This document shows positions 7,881-16,189 of a DNA stretch of 32,000 bases, one piece after another. The stretch spans positions 136,013 to 168,012 of the forward strand of contig JAOUMY010000006.1 of the NCBI GenBank assembly GCA_029881255.1. Direction: 5' to 3'. Numbering within the stretch: the stretch's first letter is position 1; every line of letters starts with the position of its first letter. The notes under the pieces were generated by a model that saw only the letters and a program-made list of their open reading frames with translations, did no database searches and was not told the origin of the DNA. Source of the DNA: Gammaproteobacteria bacterium (GTDB lineage Bacteria; Pseudomonadota; Gammaproteobacteria; S012-40). The translations under genes and the position numbers were made by a program.

Positions 7881-9992
7881 TTATGCCGCATAAGCTCTGC
7901 GTAGATAAACCATCGCCGCAAAAACCATTAACCACAACAATGGATCAAAACGTCCGCCAGCGAGTGTACAACCTCCTGAACGAGTGCCGGAAGCAAAACT
8001 GGCGGTGAGGGAATATTTCACGTTATTGTCTGCTTGTTCTCTTGGCGCTAACACGGCTATATAGTAGGTCGCATTCCCAGGGTTACGTATATTTATTTCA
8101 TCATTACCGTAAACACCGGAATATTTCACGCCAACGTCGGTTGCGCCCGCCAGCCCTAAATCGGTGTAGTAGAAGCCCGGGTAGGTACTCTTCGCCACCA
8201 AAAGATTCACATCGACACTGGTGCGTGTATCCGTGCGTTTGAGTGTCACTTTTAAATTATCCCTGCCACTAGGGACGTCGATGGTGTAGTAGTGTATGGC
8301 GTCAAGATGCATTCCTTCTCGTAGTAATTCGCCGTTGACCTTTACATCAGGGGTCAACACGCCCCAGTCCAGATTAAACTGTCGCGTATAATCACCGCGC
8401 AAGGTGTCTTTGGCCCAATTCACAGTGAGTACAAAAGGAAGCTCTGTGAAAGAGTCCGCCTCGAACTGTAATGAATCCACTTTGAAAACCAGTTCCTGCG
8501 TTTCTCCCTCGTTAAAAGGGCTGATGGTCACTTCCCGACTATAAATCATTAGCGGAGACGAAAGCGTGGCGACGACAATATCAGCGGAATTCCAAACATT
8601 TTCTAACGTTATTCGCAGTTGAAAGGTTTCCTCCTTATCAACAACTGAATTACCGTTTCCATATAGGCTGTCATCGACGACGATTTTGTTAATGACAATC
8701 ACAGGGTCCAGGCTTTCCATATTTGCGTAGGCCTGTACCGCATTAATTTTACCATCCGTCGCCGTACGACCTTTTGCGACCAATGGCGTAACGGAAGACA
8801 ACATTGCCCCCCGTAATTGGCGAAAGCCTGCGAGCGGATATGCCGTTTTTAGCAGCGCAGCAATACCACTGACCAAAGGCGCCGCGAAGGAAGATCCATA
8901 TTTGCTTGAGTCATAACTACCCGTGGCACTAGTCGTCACCCAACCTTGACCAGGGGCTGCAAAATCCACGGTCGTTTGTCCAAATTGCGCTTCGTGGGAA
9001 AGCTCACCCGCGGTGTCTGAAAATGCGACGGAAACGATATTGGGCAGATCCAAACCCGATGGATAGTCCGGTACCTTATCATTGCTAACAGGATCATTAC
9101 CTGCCGCGGTAATGACCAGGACATTCTGGTCCTGGATGGCCTGCAAGATATTTTCTTCGGCAATCGAATACATTGGACCGCCGTAGCTGAGATTGATAAT
9201 GCTAGCGCCTTTACTGATAGCGTATTCCACCGCTTGGATCTCAGCCGCCGTGTCATATAAACAACCGATGCGTATCGGTATGACTTTCACATTCCAAGCC
9301 GCACCCGCAATACCAATACCGTTGTTGGTTTGCGCACCCACCACGCCTGTCACAGAGGTGCCGTGAGCTTCAGAATATATTTTTCCTGTATCTGGGTCTT
9401 TACATGTGTCCGCTGGTGAGGGATCCGCATCGTTCTCGACAAAGTCCCAAGGAGAGACCATATTTCCACTCAAATCTTCGTGATGAATATTAATCGCATC
9501 ATCTATTACAGCGACTATCACGTTACCGCTTTCGCCCTTCACGATATCCCATAGTTGTTCAACCCCTGCCTGTACGAGGGGCGCTTTTTGACTGTCATAA
9601 ACACCCAAACCCTCAGCGGGAACCGCACGCGGGTAGCGTCTGTAATTCGGCTCAGCAAAGAGTACATTGGGATCGGCGCGCAGCGATTCGATGGTTTGTT
9701 CTACTGAGAGATCAGGAGGAAGCTGCCACTGTTCTAGTGGTAGTAATTGAAAACGGCCTTTGACTTGTATTCGCTTATCCTGACGCAGACGCGATTTTTG
9801 TTTCGCGGTGATACCTGTTTTGTACTGCACCAGTAACTCGCCGGGAACATATTGTTGAACTGAACCTGCCACCACCAGGGAGGGCAATCCAAAAAGAATG
9901 AGTATTACAGTTAGAAACAGGACAGGCATGATGAGCTTATTATTGCGGATATTGTCGGTTTTGGACACAGAGAATTCAGGAAAATTCCCCAT
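7881..9992 (-). CDS. Secreted S8 (subtilisin-like) serine protease with I9/fervidolysin-like propeptide and Cys-containing CTERM-like sorting signal
   Basis: PGELLVQYKTG...LRADPNVLFAEPNYR propeptide-like region; VIDDAINIHHEDL, HGTSVTGVVGAQTNN, TAAGNDPV and GSSFAAPLVSGIAALLKTAYP catalytic regions; C-terminus RSGGCTLAGGRFDPLLWLMVFAAMVYLRRAYAA. ORF 7881..10040; a start at 9992 or 9929 is more plausible than 10040 because a strong hairpin occupies 10004-10032. Confidence 0.9.
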   Translation of the reverse strand: MGNFPEFSVSKTDNIRNNKLIMPVLFLTVILILFGLPSLVVAGSVQQYVPGELLVQYKTGITAKQKSRLRQDKRIQVKGRFQLLPLEQWQLPPDLSVEQTIESLRADPNVLFAEPNYRRYPRAVPAEGLGVYDSQKAPLVQAGVEQLWDIVKGESGNVIVAVIDDAINIHHEDLSGNMVSPWDFVENDADPSPADTCKDPDTGKIYSEAHGTSVTGVVGAQTNNGIGIAGAAWNVKVIPIRIGCLYDTAAEIQAVEYAISKGASIINLSYGGPMYSIAEENILQAIQDQNVLVITAAGNDPVSNDKVPDYPSGLDLPNIVSVAFSDTAGELSHEAQFGQTTVDFAAPGQGWVTTSATGSYDSSKYGSSFAAPLVSGIAALLKTAYPLAGFRQLRGAMLSSVTPLVAKGRTATDGKINAVQAYANMESLDPVIVINKIVVDDSLYGNGNSVVDKEETFQLRITLENVWNSADIVVATLSSPLMIYSREVTISPFNEGETQELVFKVDSLQFEADSFTELPFVLTVNWAKDTLRGDYTRQFNLDWGVLTPDVKVNGELLREGMHLDAIHYYTIDVPSGRDNLKVTLKRTDTRTSVDVNLLVAKSTYPGFYYTDLGLAGATDVGVKYSGVYGNDEINIRNPGNATYYIAVLAPREQADNNVKYSLTASFASGTRSGGCTLAGGRFDPLLWLMVFAAMVYLRRAYAA

Positions 9993-10003
9993 GAAATATG
10001 ACA

Positions 10004-10032
10004 AAGCCCCGGATAGACAGGATCCGGGGCTT
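10004..10032. other. Strong GC-rich intergenic hairpin between the OMP-like gene and the second protease gene
   Basis: AAGCCCCGGAT (10004-10014) - 7-nt loop AGACAGG - ATCCGGGGCTT (10022-10032): perfect 11-bp stem. It has no clean poly-T tract on the minus strand, so it may be an attenuator, RNA-processing or stability element rather than a canonical terminator. Confidence 0.7.
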
Positions 10033-10060
10033 GTGTTCAAAAATTAAAATCGTTCCAGTC

Positions 10061-10930
10061 TTAGAATCGAACGCCAAGTTTTCCAGTATAGGTCAGCACG
10101 CCACCCGTCTGATCCATCTCCACTGCTACATTGATCAGGAAGATTTGCAGATTGGCGCCGATGAACCACTTGAACAGATTCCCCGATACATCTTTGATAA
10201 TTTTATCATTCAGATTAGGAAACTGAGCAGCAAACGTGTCCCGGATAGTTTGTGAAACATTTTGATCGACCAAATATTGGAGTGTCATATCTGACGAAGC
10301 TGTATAACGGTGAAAACCAAGACCCGCAAATGGTGTCACCTTCAAACCAATACCAAAGCCCTTGGAGATTGCGAGCTCTGCACCATATGAAGACATTTTC
10401 GCCAAATCTGTCCCACCATATGACCCCGCAAAATTGCTGAACACACCGCGCACAGCAACCGCAGGTAATAACACATTACCGCTGGCGATATTCACTTTTA
10501 ATTCACCGCCCAAATGCGAAATTGTGTTTGGCAACGATAGATAGGATACACCGATATCAACTGCCGGAATCAACGGAACAAATGGAATATCTACACCAAC
10601 GTGCGCGTGAAGTTTAGGAAATGGGAGATAGGCCATACCCTGCATCCACGATGGAAGTAAACCATTCAAAAATGATCCTGTTGGCAACTGCGTCGCCGAA
10701 ACTTCCAGGCCGGCGTCAAGCCCGACAGGCAAAATCCCATCTGCTGCAGAGGCCGCTGGAGAGTTTGACTTGTATGTAAATGCTGGCGCGATATCACCGG
10801 CTAAGGAACTGAAATTATCATTGATCACTGTTACGCCAGGACCAACTACATCGTCTACAATTGACGCATGTATTTGGGTACTCCCCGCCAGCAATGCCAC
10901 CGCACTAAAAACTCGAATTACCTGTCTCAT
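10061..10930 (-). CDS. Exported, probable outer-membrane/envelope protein of unknown function
   Basis: Signal peptide MRQVIRVFSAVALLAGSTQIHA; alternating aromatic/amphipathic strand pattern (FGIGLKVTPFAGLGFHRYTASSDMTLQYLV) and terminal aromatic GKLGVRF, suggesting a beta-barrel. Confidence 0.65.
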   Translation of the reverse strand: MRQVIRVFSAVALLAGSTQIHASIVDDVVGPGVTVINDNFSSLAGDIAPAFTYKSNSPAASAADGILPVGLDAGLEVSATQLPTGSFLNGLLPSWMQGMAYLPFPKLHAHVGVDIPFVPLIPAVDIGVSYLSLPNTISHLGGELKVNIASGNVLLPAVAVRGVFSNFAGSYGGTDLAKMSSYGAELAISKGFGIGLKVTPFAGLGFHRYTASSDMTLQYLVDQNVSQTIRDTFAAQFPNLNDKIIKDVSGNLFKWFIGANLQIFLINVAVEMDQTGGVLTYTGKLGVRF

Positions 10931-11366
10931 CGATTAATCACTCCTGATGTCGTCTTTCCGTTACCGCTTTTGCAGTCATTATAGTCAAGCTTTCAAAAAT
11001 GTGAATGAACTGGTTCTCAAAAACTGTTTCCAAACATTAATTTGCAAAGCTTATGCACATTAAATGCCGTCCCCATGCCTTCCGGCATTGACAAGAATGA
11101 AACAAGCGGTCGTTTCAGCGGTCAGAGCACTCAGTATCCTCTGAGTAAGTCGGCTAATGGCAAAAGCGCTGCCCTCATTGATAAAAACATCCGCCTCGCT
11201 GATATCTCTGCACTCTCGCTTGCCAGGAGAATCATAGAGGAAAACGAGAGAACTTTCAGACCACGCCTAAGGCGAAATACGATAAAATTCAGTATAGAAA
11301 AGGTCTGGATAATAATTAGTAATGTATGCTTCCAGGGATTTTGGCGTTGGGGAAACGGGATCGGGA

Positions 11367-12956
11367 ATGAAATTACGAAATTTCACGACACTGATTGCAT
11401 GTTGTGTGCTATTACCCCTGAGCGCATGCTTTCATAACCCGGCCACCGGGCCTTCAGATAAATCCAACCCAACTGCAAACCCCTCGACGGCGGGCCTGCC
11501 GATTCTTACCATCACTTCGCTATCCAACCCCGATCTTAACGTACCCGAATCTCGCCCAACCATCAGTTTTAGAGCGAAGCTGTCGCAAATTGCCACTGAA
11601 GATATTCCATTCCGCTTTCGAATTACCGATGGCACGGCAACGCGACAAAACGACTTTTTTATCAATAACACTGGCCGCGACACTGGCGCATCGGTAGAAA
11701 CCATTCCCGAGGGAAGTGACTTTGCTGACTTTAGCGTCAATATACAAAATGACGACATTGACGAAATCAATGAACAATTCACCGTCGATTTTCAGTTACC
11801 CGAATTTGCCGATGGCCGAGGTCCACAGGTTGTGTTGGACGCACCTCCACTCAAAATCATCATAATCGATGACGATGACGCGCCTGTCGTCCAGATTGCC
11901 CCTGAAACTGGAAACCTGATTACCGTGCGTGAAAGTGTCGGGGTAGTAAAGTTAACGCTAACTATGCCATTGAAGCTGGCCAGTCAGGATGTGGAAATTC
12001 CCATTTTAGTGACCTACCCCAGTGTTGGCTTTGCTACACCTGGTAGCGACTTCGAAGTCCCGCAAACCATCATCTATCCAGCGCAAAATGGCGGTACTTC
12101 CCGTACGTTTGAATACAACTTATACATTAAAGACGATGCCTTGAAAGAAGAAAATGAGACGTTTTTTGTTTCCCTGCTGGATCCCCTGAATCATATCGCA
12201 TTTCTTGGATCAACAGGTTTATCCTCAGTAACAATCACCATACTAGATGATGATGCCATTGGTGGCATTAACGACACCCAGGTGACGACTTGCGCAAACT
12301 ACACGAATTACAATGTGGGTTGCTCGACAACAACTGACTTTCCCGGCCAGGATGGCGAATCAAACACGCCTATGAACATGCAGTTTGTCGACGAAGCCGG
12401 CTTCCCCACCCAAGACCCCAACCTCGCCGCCTGCGTGAAAGATCTCAACACTGGCCTGATGTGGGAAGTAAAAGCATCGGCCCCAGATGCGTCACAACGC
12501 AGTGCCAAATTTTTATATTCCTGGTACAACCCCTTGATCAATGCTAACGGAGGGCAAATGGGTTTCGAGGGCAACAGTTCGAGTTGTGGTGGATCGTTAG
12601 ACACCTGCAATACCAGTGCGTATATCGAATTTCTTAATAAAAATGATCGCTACTATGGAAATGGTCTATGTGGCTCCACCGACTGGCGTCTGCCCAAGAT
12701 TCATGAGTTGGTTTCTATTATGCGTTTCTCTCCACTCACTGATTTGTCAAAAGATGCAGTCATGTTCGATGAATCCATCTTCCTGGGAAAACAACCCGGA
12801 TATTATTGGACATCTAACCCAAAGGCCAATTTTTCACTCGAGGCATGGGCAGTCTTTATGGGTAAGACACCCGATTCATATGGAAAAGGGCGTATGTTTG
12901 TTGTGGGCCTGTTTAAAGACAAGACCGCGTTTATTCGCGCCGTAACTCATTACTGA
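11367..12956 (+). CDS. Putative lipoprotein with Calx-beta-like repeats and C-terminal DUF1566 (Lcl C-terminal)-like domain
   Basis: Lipobox-like LLPLSAC after the basic start MKLRNFTTLIACCV; Calx-beta-like VTVRESVGVVKLTLTM...SDFEVPQTIIYPAQNGGTSRTFEYNLYIKDDALKEENETFFVSL...ITILDDDAIGG; DUF1566-like CVKDLNTGLMWEVK...STDWRLPKIHELVSIM...YYWTSNP. The likely start is ATG 11367. Confidence 0.82.
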   Translation: MKLRNFTTLIACCVLLPLSACFHNPATGPSDKSNPTANPSTAGLPILTITSLSNPDLNVPESRPTISFRAKLSQIATEDIPFRFRITDGTATRQNDFFINNTGRDTGASVETIPEGSDFADFSVNIQNDDIDEINEQFTVDFQLPEFADGRGPQVVLDAPPLKIIIIDDDDAPVVQIAPETGNLITVRESVGVVKLTLTMPLKLASQDVEIPILVTYPSVGFATPGSDFEVPQTIIYPAQNGGTSRTFEYNLYIKDDALKEENETFFVSLLDPLNHIAFLGSTGLSSVTITILDDDAIGGINDTQVTTCANYTNYNVGCSTTTDFPGQDGESNTPMNMQFVDEAGFPTQDPNLAACVKDLNTGLMWEVKASAPDASQRSAKFLYSWYNPLINANGGQMGFEGNSSSCGGSLDTCNTSAYIEFLNKNDRYYGNGLCGSTDWRLPKIHELVSIMRFSPLTDLSKDAVMFDESIFLGKQPGYYWTSNPKANFSLEAWAVFMGKTPDSYGKGRMFVVGLFKDKTAFIRAVTHY

Positions 12957-12966
12957 ACCTAATTTG

Positions 12967-13509
12967 ATGAAACATAGTTACTACAAATTCATTTCTCTCT
13001 TTCTGGCGCTGTCGCTATTCGTTGCGCCAGCCAGCGCACAGATTTGCGCGCTCGACACCACGCCACAAAGCATTTCTCCAACAAACTTTTCCATCAATCA
13101 GGGTGTCATCACTGACATCGCTTCAAGTTTAACTTGGCAACGTTGTTTTTACGGTCAGACCTGGAACGAGTCACTTCAACGGTGCCAGGGCAATCCGATC
13201 AAGCTCGACTGGAAACAGGCTCTCAATGCAGCGGCGTCGTTAAATGGGAACTGGCGCCTCCCTAATGTCAAAGAGATACTGACCATAGTCGACTACCAAT
13301 GCATGAGCCCCCCATTAAACCCCGAATTATTCCCGGAAGCGCCTTCGTCGCTCAGAAGTGGACTGTGGACATCAACACCCTTGCAAACCAATATTTCGAT
13401 AACCTCGCCGGTTCAATCGGCCTGGTTGATAGAACTCGGACACGGCTCCTTACAACACCACACGATGGACGATCCAAATTATTTACTACTCGTTAGGGAC
13501 GGTTTCTAG
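12967..13509 (+). CDS. Secreted DUF1566-domain protein
   Basis: Signal peptide LFLALSLFVAPASAQ; ITDIASSLTWQRCFYGQTWNESLQRCQG...WKQALNAAASLNGNWRLPNVKEILTIVDY...LRSGLWTSTPL. Track start is TTG 12964; ATG follows at 12967. Confidence 0.78.
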   Translation: MKHSYYKFISLFLALSLFVAPASAQICALDTTPQSISPTNFSINQGVITDIASSLTWQRCFYGQTWNESLQRCQGNPIKLDWKQALNAAASLNGNWRLPNVKEILTIVDYQCMSPPLNPELFPEAPSSLRSGLWTSTPLQTNISITSPVQSAWLIELGHGSLQHHTMDDPNYLLLVRDGF

Positions 13510-13645
13510 GTAGTCTCTTTAGACAATATTTACTCACGCTAAAGACCCGTACCACTCGTTCGCATTCTTGTTAACCCATCTCTGAAAAAATCCCGCTATC
13601 GGACGATAACAAGCCACCAGGTCTATATTCCACGATAGGTTTTTT

Positions 13646-14608
13646 ATGGCTGTTTGGCGTGGAGTCGCGTCAGCAATTTCGGCAATTTTTCTGCTATCGC
13701 CTTTTCCGCTGATTGCTGCAGGGCCACCTGTTCCCTTCGACGCTTGGTCTGTAAACCAGGGTAGTATTACGTCTTCATGCCCCGGCGGATCGAGTTGCCA
13801 GAACACCATCAGCGACCAAGGCATGATGCAACGGACGCTAATAGACTCTTCTGGTCAACGCTACTATCAAACCATCATCTACGATCAACAAAAAGACGGC
13901 ACACAACTCACAAGCGAAAGCTTTGTTAAGGGCAATAGCCAAGAGGGCGGAATTTCAACCCGACAGGTATTGAGCATCCCCGGCACAACCACCATAAATA
14001 GCGTCTCCGTATTAAATACCGGCTGGGCGAGCAATTCCGGGGCAGGGTCAGACATTCAAATACACCAGACACTCGAGGACCACAGCATCACCAAGGTCGG
14101 CTACATCGACAGTTTCACATTTGAAAGTTCGCAAGATGCAAACGAAAATGTCACCGGCTATTACCTCGATATTCGCCAGGAAGTAACGAATTCAACGCTC
14201 ATCGGTGGTGACGGCGTCACGACAACTGGTCAGGACAAGCACGTCTTCGTCACGCGTAAAACCTCCGGAAACTTCGTTACTTCCCCTGGTTCCGCTTCTC
14301 TCCCGAGATCAGGAGGTATGGGGGGCATGATGGATGGCAGTGGCCCACAAGGTGGTACTGTGTCTTGGCGTGTTGGAGATGAGATACAGGTAATTTGGAT
14401 AGGACAGGTTTGTGAAGGATGCCAGTCCGGAGGAATGATGGGTGGTGGCGGTGGTGGTGGCGGAATGATGAGCGGCGGTTCATCATTTTCTTACCAGGCC
14501 TATGACAATTTATCCGACTCCAGTGCAGGTATCGCCACGCGTTCGATATCGCAGACAGCCCCCATTAACTGGCAGACTGCCCCTTTTGGCGAGCAGCCAA
14601 AATTCTGA
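13646..14608 (+). CDS. Exported Gly/Met-rich protein of unknown function
   Basis: Signal-like IFLLSPFPLIAAG; low-complexity SGGMGGMMDGSGPQGG and SGGMMGGGGGGGGMMSGGSS segments. No family recognised. Confidence 0.6.
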   Translation: MAVWRGVASAISAIFLLSPFPLIAAGPPVPFDAWSVNQGSITSSCPGGSSCQNTISDQGMMQRTLIDSSGQRYYQTIIYDQQKDGTQLTSESFVKGNSQEGGISTRQVLSIPGTTTINSVSVLNTGWASNSGAGSDIQIHQTLEDHSITKVGYIDSFTFESSQDANENVTGYYLDIRQEVTNSTLIGGDGVTTTGQDKHVFVTRKTSGNFVTSPGSASLPRSGGMGGMMDGSGPQGGTVSWRVGDEIQVIWIGQVCEGCQSGGMMGGGGGGGGMMSGGSSFSYQAYDNLSDSSAGIATRSISQTAPINWQTAPFGEQPKF

Positions 14609-14616
14609 ATAAAACT

Positions 14617-14982
14617 CTACACCGTGGTAAATTTTTCAATTTTTTCCATCAATCGCGCGAAATCGATCGGCTTGGTTTCATAATCATCACAACCTGCTTC
14701 AAGCGCTTTTTCACGATCACCAGACATCGCGTGGGCGGTTAACGCAATCACTGGAATTGCGGCAACGCTGGAATTTGCCTTTATCTTGCGGGTCGCTTCC
14801 CAACCATCCATTTCCGGTAGACTCATGTCCATCAGTATTAGATCTGGATTTTCGCTGCTGGCCATGTCAACGCCTTCGACGCCGTTCACAGCTATGGCTA
14901 CGGAAAAACCACGTCGTTCAAGACGCCGTTGCAGCATATCCCGGTTCATTTCATTGTCCTCAACTAACAAAATATGTGGCAT
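14617..14982 (-). CDS. Stand-alone receiver-domain response regulator (DivK/CheY-like)
   Basis: Single REC domain: LLVEDNEMNRDML, PDLILMDMSLPEMDGWEATRKIK, VIALTAHAMSGDREKALEAGCDDYETKPID. Confidence 0.92.
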   Translation of the reverse strand: MPHILLVEDNEMNRDMLQRRLERRGFSVAIAVNGVEGVDMASSENPDLILMDMSLPEMDGWEATRKIKANSSVAAIPVIALTAHAMSGDREKALEAGCDDYETKPIDFARLMEKIEKFTTV

Positions 14983-15006
14983 ATTCTGATCTCTCCATTC
15001 ACTGTA

Positions 15007-16173
15007 TTACTCTTCATCATCCGCATAAAAACTTCGAATACGCTTGAACTCATCTTCAATATTTAGAAACGCTTCAACCACGGCCGGATCAAAATGCGAG
15101 CCGTTGGAATCTACGATAATCCCTTTCGATTTTTCATGACTAAATGCTTCCTTGTAACAACGCTTTGAGGTTAAAGCGTCATACACGTCGCCTAATGCCA
15201 GGATACGCGCTTCTAACGGTATATCGTCACCACGAGTACCGTACGGATAGCCTGAACCATCCCATTTTTCATGATGAAACTCCGCAATAGCGATACCTGT
15301 TTTAATAAACTCATTCCCCGGGTGCTGGCGATCAACAGCGCGCAAGGTATCTGCGCCTATAATCGGGTGCTTACGCATAATTCGCCAGTCATCTTCTGTT
15401 AGCGGACCATTTTTCAGCAATACATCGTCGCTTATTCCCACTTTCCCTATGTCGTGCAGAGGACTCGCGGCATAGATATTATCGATAAACGGCCTATCAA
15501 CGATTCCTTTGAATTTCTCAAGACTCGATAAATGTTCGGAAATAACCTTGCAATACTCTCGCATACGTTCCAGATGCGTTCCCGTCTCCGGATCTCGCGA
15601 CTCCGCCAGCTTCGACATAGCGAATATGGTCGCCATTTGAGTTGAAGTAATCTGCTTAACCTGAGTACGTACTCGCTCACCCAGTTGCTTGTTTACATCT
15701 TCAATGAACTCACGATATTGCAGTTCCCTGTCGTGCAGCCATTTCTTGTGTAAACAGGCGTTAACGCGCGCCTTTAATAGCGTCGGGTTAAATGGTTTAG
15801 GCAAATAGTCTTCAGCGCCGAGCTCGATACATTTTACCGTGGTTTCCATATCGCTCAACGCCGTAATTACCACAACAGGAATACTCTTTAAATTTTCATC
15901 TTTTTTCAAATGCTCAAGAACCTGGTATCCATCCATTTCTGGCATCATCAAATCCAGCAGAATCATGTCCACGGTTTGTTCACGCAATTTGTCCAAAGCG
16001 ATTCGACCATTTTCTGCCACAACGACTTTATGGCCTTGTCGTTGAATACGACGCGTCAACAAATCACGGTTGTTCTCATTGTCCTCAACAACCATAATGA
16101 GCGCTTCCCGCTCAGTCGGATCTGTGTAGATCGCCTCCATTTTCGGCTCAAATTGTTCGTTCTGGCTATTCAT
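15007..16173 (-). CDS. Response regulator with REC and HD-GYP domains (putative cyclic-di-GMP phosphodiesterase)
   Basis: REC: MVVEDNENNRDLLTRRI, MILLDLMMPEMDGYQVLEHL, GAEDYLPKPF. HD-GYP: SPLHDIGKVGISD, HPIIGADTL, EFHHEKWDGSGYPYGTRGDDIPLEARILALGDVYDALTSKRCYK. Confidence 0.93.
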   Translation of the reverse strand: MNSQNEQFEPKMEAIYTDPTEREALIMVVEDNENNRDLLTRRIQRQGHKVVVAENGRIALDKLREQTVDMILLDLMMPEMDGYQVLEHLKKDENLKSIPVVVITALSDMETTVKCIELGAEDYLPKPFNPTLLKARVNACLHKKWLHDRELQYREFIEDVNKQLGERVRTQVKQITSTQMATIFAMSKLAESRDPETGTHLERMREYCKVISEHLSSLEKFKGIVDRPFIDNIYAASPLHDIGKVGISDDVLLKNGPLTEDDWRIMRKHPIIGADTLRAVDRQHPGNEFIKTGIAIAEFHHEKWDGSGYPYGTRGDDIPLEARILALGDVYDALTSKRCYKEAFSHEKSKGIIVDSNGSHFDPAVVEAFLNIEDEFKRIRSFYADDEE

Positions 16174-16189
16174 ATTCTGTATCTCAGCC

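Noticed and set aside
11063-11089. AATGCCG...CGGCATT inverted repeat considered as a terminator
   Set aside because: The stem is only 7 bp with a 13-nt loop and no T tract, so it is too weak to call.
11042-11437. 131-aa ORF upstream of and overlapping the Calx-beta lipoprotein gene
   Set aside because: It has a TTG start, no SD, no recognisable domain, and overlaps the well-supported start at 11367. The region is more likely a promoter/5' UTR.
13534-13824. 96-aa minus-strand ORF between the DUF1566 gene and the Gly/Met-rich gene
   Set aside because: It overlaps the signal peptide and N-terminus of the 13646 gene on the opposite strand, with no protein-family features.
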